Assembly (NCBI RefSeq): GCF_017876815.1
Contig: NZ_JAGIOS010000001.1
Span: forward strand, 2,370,001 to 2,402,000
Length of the DNA: 32,000 nucleotides
Origin: Sinorhizobium meliloti
Lineage (GTDB): Bacteria; Pseudomonadota; Alphaproteobacteria; Rhizobiales; Rhizobiaceae
Direction of reading: 5' to 3'
Shown here piece by piece: positions 10,903 to 19,065 of the stretch (position 1 is its first letter; each line of letters starts with the position of its first letter). Under the pieces are notes generated by a model. The model saw only the letters and a program-made list of their open reading frames with translations, was not told where the DNA came from and made no database searches. The translations under genes and the position numbers were made by a program.

Positions 10903-11436
10903 TCAAGCCAGGCGAAACGATCCGCTTTTCACGGCCTGGATCACGGCACTCAGCGTGTCCTCCCGGGTGTGTCCTTCGGTCGGGAGAACATGCCGTTCAA
11001 GGGGGCCGAGCGATGAGAGTTGCTGATGAAGCGCTGCGATGGGCACCGGGTCGGTCAACGTGTCCCCGCCGCGCTGTTGGCAGCGCCGGATGGCTACATC
11101 GAGCGGCGGACGCAGAACGACGTAGTGGAGCGGTGCCGTTATTTTCCTGAATGGTTCCAGGAACCACGGTCCGACGATCCCGTCCACAACGACGAAATAG
11201 CCGCCACGTGCGTAGGTTGCGGCCACTTTCGTCAGCACATCGACGACGACGGCGTTTTGTTGGTGAGCTTCAGGCAAATAGGGTGGGATCGCCCCGTTCT
11301 TGATGAAATGCCAGAAGTCGTCGCAGTGAAGATGGACCTTCGACGATCCGGGCTCTGCGGCGAGCGCCTGCGCTGTCGTGGTCTTTCCGGAGCCGGGTGG
11401 CCCGGTGAGGACGAGAATTTCGCTTTCAAGGTTCAT
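10903..11436 (-). CDS. P-loop NTPase / small-molecule kinase-like protein (AAA_33-type), function unknown
   Basis: Walker A LTGPPGSGKTT immediately after MNLESEILV. About 177 aa. The alternative upstream ATG is at 11454. Confidence 0.6.
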   Translation of the reverse strand: MNLESEILVLTGPPGSGKTTTAQALAAEPGSSKVHLHCDDFWHFIKNGAIPPYLPEAHQQNAVVVDVLTKVAATYARGGYFVVVDGIVGPWFLEPFRKITAPLHYVVLRPPLDVAIRRCQQRGGDTLTDPVPIAALHQQLSSLGPLERHVLPTEGHTREDTLSAVIQAVKSGSFRLA

Positions 11437-11506
11437 GGCGCGATCATGTAGCACGATGCTGCGGGCCAGTCAGCGACAGGACGGAGGAGAAGGCTGCTCA
11501 CCCGCC

Positions 11507-11541
11507 AAAAATGAAGCCCCGCGATCGGATCGGCGGGGCTT
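11507..11541 (-). terminator. Rho-independent terminator downstream of the ArsR/NolR-like gene
   Basis: Minus strand reads AAGCCCCGCCGATCCGATCGCGGGGCTT, then CA, then TTTTT. It lies about 40 nt after the stop at 11582. Confidence 0.7.
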
Positions 11542-11581
11542 GAGGAGGCGGTGCTGTTCGGTCGAAGGACGTCTTGGGAGA

Positions 11582-11950
11582 TTACGCCGATTTGCGAACG
11601 AGAGGCTTTTCTTCCACGGCATCGGTGTCGTCGCCGTAAATGTCGGATAGTGCGCCCAGAATCTTCAATACGGCGTCGGACGAGCTCGAATAATAGATCG
11701 TCTGTGCGTCACGACGGGTGCTGACCAGGTTCTGCGCACGAAGCTTCGAAAGGTGCTGAGAAAGAGCCGATTGGCTCAGCCCGACCTTATGGGCCAGGGC
11801 GCCAACCGCCATTTCCTCCTTGACGAGAGAGTCGAGGATGAGCAGGCGTTTCGGATTTGCCATGGCCGAAAGGAAACCGGCTGCTATCTCGGCGTCCTCG
11901 TGTTTTTCAGGCGGAAGAGGCTGCATCGTGTGCTCCATGCGAAAATTCAT
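11582..11950 (-). CDS. nolR: ArsR/SmtB-family winged-helix regulator, NolR-like
   Basis: HTH region NPKRLLILDSLVKEEMAVGALAHKVGLSQSALSQHLSKLRAQNLVSTRRDAQTIYY. The whole sequence matches my memory of Sinorhizobium NolR; this is unverified. Candidate starts: GTG 11953, ATG 11950, ATG 11935, ATG 11926 (the last preceded by GGAG). Confidence 0.7.
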   Translation of the reverse strand: MNFRMEHTMQPLPPEKHEDAEIAAGFLSAMANPKRLLILDSLVKEEMAVGALAHKVGLSQSALSQHLSKLRAQNLVSTRRDAQTIYYSSSSDAVLKILGALSDIYGDDTDAVEEKPLVRKSA

Positions 11951-11983
11951 CACACGTAGTTATGATTGATGAAGCACGATAAT

Positions 11984-13040
11984 TAGAGCGGGATGCATTT
12001 AGGCGGAATCGGAAAGGGGATTCCTTTTTCTGCGCAAATCAGATTCACCATTCAGGCCGGTGAAGGAGGCCGGCCTTTATGGCGAGACCTTTTTCGAATG
12101 ATCTTCGGGAACGCGTTGTCGATGCGGTGACGGGCGAGGGCCTATCGTGCCGGGCAGCGGCCAAGCGCTTCGGCATCGGCATCAGCACCGCGATCGATTG
12201 GGTGCGGCGGTTTCGCGAGACGGGCAGCGCCGCACCCGGCCAGATGGGTGGGCACAAGCCCCGCAAGCTTTCCGGTCCGCACCGGGCTTGGCTGCTTTGC
12301 CGCTGCCGCGAGCGCGACTTCACGCTGCACGGACTTGTCGCCGAGTTGAGCGAGCGCGGCCTGAAGGTGGATTATCGCGCCGTCTGGACCTTCGTGCACG
12401 AAGAGGGGTTGAGTTATAAAAAAAGACGCTGGTCGCCAGCGAACGGGAGCGGCCCGACGTCGCCCGCCACCGGGCACGATGGCTGAAGCACTGCCCCGGA
12501 ATTGATCCCGCCCGCCTCGTTTTCATCGATGAGACCTGGACGAAGACGAACATGGCGCCGCTGCGGGGCTGGGCGCCTCGCGGCGAACGACTGGTGGGCT
12601 ACGCCCCCTTCGGCCATTGGAACACCATGACCTTTGTCGCCGCACTCAGGGCCGACCGCGTCAGCGCTCCCTTTATCCTCGATGGCCCGATCAATGGCGA
12701 ACGCTTCCGCATCTATGTCCAGCAAGTTCTGGTGCCGGAACTCAAAGCCGGCGACATCGTCATCCTGGACAATCTCGGCTCCCATAAGGGTCAGGAGATC
12801 CGCGCCGCCATCCGTAAGGCCGGCGCCCGCCTGTTCTTTCTGCCGAAATATTCCCCCGATCTCAATCCGATCGAAAAGCTCTTCGCCAAAATCAAGCACT
12901 GGTTGCGTGAGGCACAGGCCAGATCACGCGACGCAATCCATGACGAACTGCGCCACATTCTCCAAGCCGTCACCCCACAGGAATGCGCAGCCTACTTCAA
13001 AGAGGCGGGATATGAACGGGCTTAAATACATACCGCTCTA
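11984..13040 (+). mobile_element. IS630-family insertion sequence, copy 2 (inverted relative to copy 1)
   Basis: Same 1057-bp element in the opposite orientation, with TA at both ends (11984-11985 and 13039-13040). Identical ORF translations in all frames. Confidence 0.9.
12079..13025 (+). CDS. IS630-family DDE transposase, ORFs 12079..12486 and 12552..13025 joined by a predicted -1 frameshift at A7G
   Basis: Frame 0 reads TAT AAA AAA AGA. Slipping -1 on the A run at 12418-12424 gives ...[52 protein letters not shown], which restores the first catalytic D. Confidence 0.85.
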
Positions 13041-13099
13041 GCCGTGATGCATAAAAGGGCAACCACCCCCTGCAAGAAATGGGGGTAGCTAAGATGCGA

Positions 13100-13843
13100 T
13101 TAACGGTAAAGTTTTTTTAGAATTGGCCGTAATTCGGCCGCGTCGGCAAGGGGCGTCTCAAACTCCAGGCGGCGCAGACGGTCGCCGTCCGACAGGTCGA
13201 GCCCTGCCGAATCGATGCCGACGATCTTCCAGTCGCCTTCGGGTGCGCGGCAATGAGTGGTTGCATAATATCTCACGGCTTCGGCGTGATCGGCGTTCAT
13301 GTGCTCGATCGCGCCGCCTTCCATCTCCGCGATCGCGGCCGCGGCCGGTGACGCGATGGCGAGATCCTCAGCCGTCAGCACATAGGCGCGGCCGAAGCCG
13401 CCGTTGAGGCTTGCCCGCAATGGGTTGAGTCGGAAGAAGCCGAAGTCCGGAAAATCGACATAGAGTTTGGACTTGGGGTGCCGGCGAAGGAATCGTTCGC
13501 GAAGACGCAGGTGGAGCGCGCAATCCCGCGGGACGGCCTCCGCCTCGCACTGGACCGTCAGTCGCGGATGGGCGAGCGGGTCGCCTTTGCCCGGCTCGCC
13601 GGTCAGCAGCGAAGCACGCCGGTCCGCCGTGAGCGCTTGAGTATGGGTCGAAAGCCGCGACACGAGGATGACCGGCGTTCCGTCGATGTCGATGCCGACG
13701 AGTACACGGCTGACGAAGGGGAAACCATCGCTCGCCGGCTCTATCGCGGCAAGCGCGCCGCTTCTCGCCGAACGAAGAAGCACACGGGCAAGCTTGCGTG
13801 CTTCCTCGTCCGTCTCGCGCAGCACATTGGGTTTCTCGCTCAT
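13100..13843 (-). CDS. HugZ/HutZ-like split-barrel (PNPOx-like) protein with C-terminal DUF2470-type domain; putative heme utilisation
   Basis: 247 aa. N-terminal FPFVSRVLVGIDIDGTPVILVSRLSTHT. C-terminal IEHMNADHAEAVRYY...GIDSAGLDL...RLEF, typical of DUF2470. RBS AGGAGG. 33 nt downstream of choV on the same strand. Confidence 0.65.
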   Translation of the reverse strand: MSEKPNVLRETDEEARKLARVLLRSARSGALAAIEPASDGFPFVSRVLVGIDIDGTPVILVSRLSTHTQALTADRRASLLTGEPGKGDPLAHPRLTVQCEAEAVPRDCALHLRLRERFLRRHPKSKLYVDFPDFGFFRLNPLRASLNGGFGRAYVLTAEDLAIASPAAAAIAEMEGGAIEHMNADHAEAVRYYATTHCRAPEGDWKIVGIDSAGLDLSDGDRLRRLEFETPLADAAELRPILKKLYR

Positions 13844-13876
13844 GATCGCCTCCTTCCGGCGGGCCGGCGTGCCGCG

Positions 13877-14926
13877 TCAACCTTTGTTGCGGTGGCGCGT
13901 CAACCCTTCGACGATGTTTTGCGCGTCGATGGTCCCGACGACGGAGCCGTTGTCGACCACACCTATGCTGCCCGGCTGGCGCGACATGGCGTCGAGAATA
14001 TCGACGAGCGGCGTGGTGGGCCTGGCCGTTGCCGAAACGCCGGTACTGGCGGCGGCTCGCCCGACGCCGGTCTGCATCACATCCTTCGCCGTCAGCATGG
14101 TGATCGGGTTCATGTGCTGGACGAAATCGGCCACGTACTGATTTGCCGGCTTCTTCACGATCTCCTGCGGCGTCCCGCACTGGATGATCCTTCCGCCTTC
14201 CATGATGGCGATGCGGTTGCCGATGCGGAAGGCCTCGTCGAGATCGTGGCTGACGAAGATGATCGTTTTTTTCAGCCGCCGCTGGAATTCGAGCAGTTCG
14301 TCCTGGAGGCGCGTGCGGATCAGCGGGTCGAGAGCCGAGAACGGCTCGTCCATCAGCAGGATCGGGGCGCCGGTGGCAAAGGCTCTTGCGAGACCGACCC
14401 GCTGCTGCATGCCGCCCGAGAGCTCGTTGACCTTGCGGTCCGCCCATTTGGCCAGGTTGACGAGTTCAAGCTGCTCGCCGACTCGCTTTCTTCGTTCGGC
14501 ATCGGCAACGCCGGCCAGTTCGAGCCCGAACCCGACATTGTCCGCCACCGTTCGCCACGGCAGAAGCGCAAACTGCTGGAACACCATCGAGACCGTATGC
14601 ATGCGGAAGTCGCGGAGCGACTTGGCGTTGCAGCGATAGGGGTTCAGCGATCCGTTCGCGGTCTTGACCTCGACCTCGCCGCGCACGACCGGCGCGAGGC
14701 CGTTGACGGCCCTGAGCAGCGTCGACTTGCCGGAGCCGGACAGACCCATCAGAACGAGGATCTCGCCTTCATTGATGGTCAACGAAGCGCCGGCCACGCC
14801 CAGCACCAGGCCCGTGGCTGCACCGATCTCGTCGCGCGTCTTGCCCTGGTCGACCATCTGCACGGCAAGTTGCGGGTTCTTGCCGAAGATGATGTCGACG
14901 TTCTTGAAAACGACGGCGTCGCTCAT
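13877..14926 (-). CDS. choV: Choline/betaine-type ABC transporter ATP-binding protein
   Basis: GLSGSGKST, LSGGMQQR, ILLMDEPFSALD, plus a C-terminal regulatory extension. Its start overlaps the permease stop. The order binding protein-permease-ATPase matches choXWV. Confidence 0.85.
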   Translation of the reverse strand: MSDAVVFKNVDIIFGKNPQLAVQMVDQGKTRDEIGAATGLVLGVAGASLTINEGEILVLMGLSGSGKSTLLRAVNGLAPVVRGEVEVKTANGSLNPYRCNAKSLRDFRMHTVSMVFQQFALLPWRTVADNVGFGLELAGVADAERRKRVGEQLELVNLAKWADRKVNELSGGMQQRVGLARAFATGAPILLMDEPFSALDPLIRTRLQDELLEFQRRLKKTIIFVSHDLDEAFRIGNRIAIMEGGRIIQCGTPQEIVKKPANQYVADFVQHMNPITMLTAKDVMQTGVGRAAASTGVSATARPTTPLVDILDAMSRQPGSIGVVDNGSVVGTIDAQNIVEGLTRHRNKG

Positions 14927-15768
14927 GCGCCTTCTCCTTCATCGGACGAGCGGAAAAGACGGTCGAGAACGATCGCGAGAATGACGATACAGAGACCGGA
15001 CTCGAATCCCCTGGCGATGTTTACCGTGTTCAGAGCCCTGAGGACAGGCACGCCGAGTCCGTCGGCACCGACGAGCGCCGCGATCACCACCATCGAGAGC
15101 GACAGCATGATGGTCTGGGTCAGGCCCGCCATGATCTGCGGCATGGCGAAGGGCAGTTCGACCTTGCGCAGCACCTGCCAGGGCGTCGCGCCGAAGGATT
15201 CGGCGGCCTCGACCAGCGCCGGTGGCGTCGAGATGATGCCGAGCCGCGTCAGCCGGATCGGCGCGGGGATGGCGAAAATGACGGTGGCGATCAGCCCGGG
15301 TACCATTCCCAGTCCGAAAAGGATCAGCGCCGGAATGAGGTAGACGAAGGTGGGGATCGTCTGCATCAGGTCCAGGATCGGCCGCATGATCGAGTAGATC
15401 CAGGCACGGCGCGCGGCAGCTATGCCGAAGGGCACGCCGACGGCCATGCTGACGAAGGTTGCCGCAAGGACCAGCGCCAGCGTCTCCGTAGTCTCCTGCC
15501 AATAGCCCTGATTCACGATCAGGAGCAGCCCGAGACAGGTGAAGGCGGCAATGCCGAGGGAGCGCCGGAACCACCATGCGAGCGCCGTCACGACGGCGAT
15601 GATGATAAGCGGGTGCGGCGTCTGGAGGATGTAGAGCAGGACCGAAATGATCGCCGAAAGCACATTGGCGAGCTGGTCGAAGAACAGGTTGAAATTCGTC
15701 GTCAGCCAGTCGACGAAAGACTTCGCCCAGGCGCCGATCGGGATGGGGTTTTCAGTCAGGAATTCCAC
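14923..15768 (-). CDS. choW: Choline/betaine-type ABC transporter permease
   Basis: 281 aa, multi-TM. Permease core AAESFGATPWQVLRKVELPFAMPQIMAGL. Confidence 0.85.
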   Translation of the reverse strand: MEFLTENPIPIGAWAKSFVDWLTTNFNLFFDQLANVLSAIISVLLYILQTPHPLIIIAVVTALAWWFRRSLGIAAFTCLGLLLIVNQGYWQETTETLALVLAATFVSMAVGVPFGIAAARRAWIYSIMRPILDLMQTIPTFVYLIPALILFGLGMVPGLIATVIFAIPAPIRLTRLGIISTPPALVEAAESFGATPWQVLRKVELPFAMPQIMAGLTQTIMLSLSMVVIAALVGADGLGVPVLRALNTVNIARGFESGLCIVILAIVLDRLFRSSDEGEGA

Positions 15769-15819
15769 GAAACAGGGTCCCTCTTGCCAGGGTCAACACT
15801 CAGGTCGGAAGACCGGTGG

Positions 15820-15844
15820 AAAAAAGGCGGGGTGTTTCCCCGCC
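15820..15844 (-). terminator. Intra-operon rho-independent terminator/attenuator between choX and choW
   Basis: Minus strand reads GGCGGGG-AAACA-CCCCGCC followed by TTTTTT. It lies about 80 nt after the choX stop and about 50 nt before the choW start. Confidence 0.7.
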
Positions 15845-15924
15845 TCACTGCATTTCCCATATCGGAGCCGATTTGAGCATGGAACATGCAGCAATTCAAA
15901 ATGCTACGCGTGATCTGCCGCCGA

Positions 15925-16881
15925 TCAGAGGCCGAGGGCGGCCTTGACCGCGGCCAGTCCGTCGCCGCCATCCTTGGTCGCCACCCCCGAAAGCCAGGGT
16001 TCGATGCTCTGCGGATTGTCCTTCAACCACGCGGCCGCAGCTTTCTCCGGGTCTTCACCGTCGTTGAGGATCTTGCCCATGATCTCGTTCTCCATCTGGA
16101 GGGAGAACGAGAGATTCTGGAGCAGCTTGCCGACATTCGGGCATTCGGTCGTGTATCCGGCGCGCACATTGGTGTGCACAGTCGCGCCGCCGTAATTCGG
16201 GCCGAATACGTCATCGCCGCCGGAAAGATAGGTGAGCTTGAAATTGGCGTTCATCGGATGCGGTTCCCATCCGAGGAAGACGATCGGGTCGCCGGACTTT
16301 TCGGCGCGGGCGACCTGGGCCAGCATCCCCTGCTCGGAGGATTCGACGACTTCGAAGCCCTTGAGATCGAAGGTGCCTTTTTCGACCATGTCGATGATCA
16401 GGCGGTTGCCGTCATTGCCCGGTTCGATGCCGTAGATCTTGCCGTCGAGCTCGTCCTTGTGGGCAGCGATATCCTTGAAGTCCTTGATGCCGAGCTCCGC
16501 GCCCTTGGCATTGGTCGCAAGCGTGTATTTCGCGCCTGCGAGGTTTTCGCGCACCGTCTCGACGGATTTATCCTCGCGGTAGGGGGCGATATCCGCTTCC
16601 ATGGTCGGCATCCAGTTGCCGAGGAAGACGTCGATGTCCTTGTTCTTCAGCGATGTGTAGGTAACCGGCACCGACAGCACCTTCACGTCCGTCTCGTAGC
16701 CGAGCGCCTCGAGGATGGTCGTCGCGGTCGCCGTCGTCGCTGTGATGTCGGTCCAGCCGACGTCGGAGAAGCGGACGGTGCCGCAGCTTTCCGGCTCGGC
16801 TGCAAAAGCGCTTCCGGCGGTCAGGGTTGCCATGCAAACGGCTCCCGCCAGCATGAATTTGAGAGAAAGCGTCCTTATCAT
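15925..16881 (-). CDS. choX: Periplasmic choline-binding protein
   Basis: The internal ATG at 16881 gives MIRTLSLKFMLAGAVCMATLTAGSAFAAEP (signal peptide), with RBS GGGGA upstream. SDVGWTD and GNWMP aromatic-box segments are typical of ProX/ChoX-type binding proteins. The upstream part of the track ORF (to 17118) is not coding. Confidence 0.85.
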   Translation of the reverse strand: MIRTLSLKFMLAGAVCMATLTAGSAFAAEPESCGTVRFSDVGWTDITATTATATTILEALGYETDVKVLSVPVTYTSLKNKDIDVFLGNWMPTMEADIAPYREDKSVETVRENLAGAKYTLATNAKGAELGIKDFKDIAAHKDELDGKIYGIEPGNDGNRLIIDMVEKGTFDLKGFEVVESSEQGMLAQVARAEKSGDPIVFLGWEPHPMNANFKLTYLSGGDDVFGPNYGGATVHTNVRAGYTTECPNVGKLLQNLSFSLQMENEIMGKILNDGEDPEKAAAAWLKDNPQSIEPWLSGVATKDGGDGLAAVKAALGL

Positions 16882-17167
16882 CGTCGTCGTTCCCCTGCCT
16901 TGTGTTCTTTTTTTAGCCAAACACCAATGAAGCGCGAATTCAAGCGCCCTGGCGTTTAAAGAAGTGTATTGCCTCAGTACATTAACGGGATGCACAAAGC
17001 GACGCCTGATGTCGCAATGCCCGCGAAATGCCGGCCCGCCGAACCGATCAGCACTTGCGGGCCAAAGCATGTGCGTCCTTGCCGAAAACTGTGAGTCGCT
17101 GCGGGATGCTCTGGTCATCGGACGCGTGCCCCGTCATGTAGCGGGCACGATGTCCGGAGATGGGACC

Positions 17168-17755
17168 ATGTCCAAACTTTATTTCAGCTATGCGACGATG
17201 AATGCCGGCAAGAGCACGCTGCTCCTGCAGGCCGCCTACAACTATCAGGAGCGCGGCATGCGCGTCGTGATGCTGATAGCAGCCTTCGACGATCGCGCCG
17301 GCCAGGGTCGCATCGCGTCTCGCATCGGGCTGGAATCGGAGGCGATCCCCTTCCGCGCAGAGGATGATCTCCATGGGCTGATCGAGCGCCTGAACGGCGA
17401 CGGCTCCGGTGAAATCGCCTGCGTCTTCGTGGACGAGGCGCAGTTCCTCGGTGAAGATCAGGTCTGGCAGTTGGCGCGTGTGGCGGATCGCCTCGGCATT
17501 CCGGTCATGGCCTATGGCCTGAGGACGGACTTCCAGGGCAAGCTCTTCCCCGGCTCCATGGCTCTGCTCGCTATCGCGGATGAGTTGCGCGAAGTCAGGA
17601 CCATCTGCCATTGCGGGCGCAAGGCAACGATGGTCGTCCGCCTCGACGGCCGCGGCAAGGTCATGCGGGAGGGCGCGCAGGTGGATGTCGGCGGCAACGA
17701 GAAATACGTCTCCTATTGCCGTCGCCATTGGGACGACCGGATGCGCGAAGGCTGA
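17168..17755 (+). CDS. tdk: Thymidine kinase
   Basis: MSKLYFSYATMNAGKSTLLLQAAYNYQERGM aligns with my memory of the E. coli Tdk N-terminus. Zn-ribbon cysteines CHCGRKA...YVSYCRRHW. The alternative ATG is at 17150. Confidence 0.9.
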   Translation: MSKLYFSYATMNAGKSTLLLQAAYNYQERGMRVVMLIAAFDDRAGQGRIASRIGLESEAIPFRAEDDLHGLIERLNGDGSGEIACVFVDEAQFLGEDQVWQLARVADRLGIPVMAYGLRTDFQGKLFPGSMALLAIADELREVRTICHCGRKATMVVRLDGRGKVMREGAQVDVGGNEKYVSYCRRHWDDRMREG

Positions 17756-17821
17756 CGCGCAAGCCGACCGGCGGCGATGCACCGGCCCTGCTGCCCTGCA
17801 CTCGAAAAAGCGGCCACCGCC

Positions 17822-17853
17822 CTTGTCGTTCCGTGCTAAACATCCTTTATATA
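17822..17853 (+). promoter_or_regulatory. Candidate sigma-70 promoter for the five-gene module
   Basis: CTTGTC, then N17, then CTTTATATA, in an AT-rich patch 60-90 nt upstream of ATG 17916. Compare the rhizobial consensus CTTGAC-N17-CTATAT. Motif match only. Confidence 0.35.
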
Positions 17854-17915
17854 AGTGCAATCAAGGGCTGAAACGGTCCGGCGTGCACTGCTGGCTGGCT
17901 TGAGGGGAGAAGGCA

Positions 17916-19004
17916 ATGGCGACGCTGCAGAATTTTGATACGGAGATCGAGAAGACCAGAACCGTCGTCAAGGACATGCGCAGCAAGCTCGAGCAGTCCG
18001 GCGTCGTTCTCGAGCAATTCGCCAAGGCGGACACCAAGCTCGGCGACGTCAATTTCGATATCGAGAACGCCCGCATCCAGGACGTCGTCAACCAGCAGAA
18101 GGTGATGGAAGCCAACATCGCCGATCTGATCATCGGACTGGAAGACGCGACCAATGTCTTCGGTGCCGAGTTCGAGAGCATGAAGAGCTATACCGGCTAC
18201 GAGAAGTTCATCGGCATCTTCTCAAGGCAGAAGATGCAGCGCTTGCGCACCGATCGCGTGCGCAACATGTCGCTTGCAGGGAACCTGCAGGAACTGCTTT
18301 CGAAATCGGACACCATCGTCGGCATCCTCAAGGACCAGAAGGCGATCCTCGACCAGCGATACAAGACCTCCGAGCAGAGCCTCATCCAGGTGATCGAGCG
18401 CCGCAAGGGCACGATGGCGGCGCTGGAACAGACGCAGAAGCGGATCGAAGAGCTCAACCCGCTGCTGCTCGATATCGAGAACAGGATCGCCGCCTCGACA
18501 GACCAGAAGACCCGAACCGACCTCGAGGGCGAGCGCTCGCAGCTTGCGACCGAATACAACGAAAAGCAGGCGAAGGAGCAGGAGCTTCTGGCCGAGAGCC
18601 AGACGCTCGAGCGCTACACGGCCATGTTCCAGACCTTCGTCGATTCGCTGAACAACCAGATCGCCGCCCAGAACACGCTGATCAACAAGCTGACCATCGA
18701 CACGGAACAGCGCATCGTTCTCTACAAGGCGCTGGAAGATTCGTTGAAGACGGCTGCGCAGCAGGACGTGGCACACAAGATCAACACGCTCGGCAGCCAG
18801 GTGGACACGGCCGCCGAGGAGACCATGGCCGGGATTGGCGCGGCCGCGCAGCGCCACATCGGCGACTTGCTCGAGATGCATGAAAAGAACATGCTTGCGA
18901 CGCAGGATATCCAGCGGCGCAAGAAACTCGCCGACGACGCCTTCGCGCGCCGCTTCCAGACGGTGATGGACAAGCATAATGCCGCAAATTATGTGAAGCA
19001 GTGA
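17916..19004 (+). CDS. All-helical coiled-coil protein of unknown function (module gene A)
   Basis: 362 aa. RBS GGAGAAGG. No Cys or Trp, a single Pro, rich in Q/E/K/D/L. High GC3, i.e. native codon usage. No catalytic motif recognised. Confidence 0.8.
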   Translation: MATLQNFDTEIEKTRTVVKDMRSKLEQSGVVLEQFAKADTKLGDVNFDIENARIQDVVNQQKVMEANIADLIIGLEDATNVFGAEFESMKSYTGYEKFIGIFSRQKMQRLRTDRVRNMSLAGNLQELLSKSDTIVGILKDQKAILDQRYKTSEQSLIQVIERRKGTMAALEQTQKRIEELNPLLLDIENRIAASTDQKTRTDLEGERSQLATEYNEKQAKEQELLAESQTLERYTAMFQTFVDSLNNQIAAQNTLINKLTIDTEQRIVLYKALEDSLKTAAQQDVAHKINTLGSQVDTAAEETMAGIGAAAQRHIGDLLEMHEKNMLATQDIQRRKKLADDAFARRFQTVMDKHNAANYVKQ

Positions 19005-19065
19005 TCGGCAAGGCGGCAATGACCCGATTTCCGACCGCCTTTCGGCATTTGCCGGGAGAGCTGCC

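Noticed and set aside
13478-15343. 621-aa plus-strand ORF opposite the HugZ-like, choV and choW genes
   Set aside because: Antisense to genes carrying Walker/ABC signature motifs. Low-complexity Arg/Asp-rich translation.
16882-17167. Search for a BetI/choline-responsive operator or clear divergent promoters between choX and tdk
   Set aside because: Only weak partial palindromes (for example around GCGCGAATTCAAGCGC) and no convincing -35/-10 pair. Not supportable from sequence alone.
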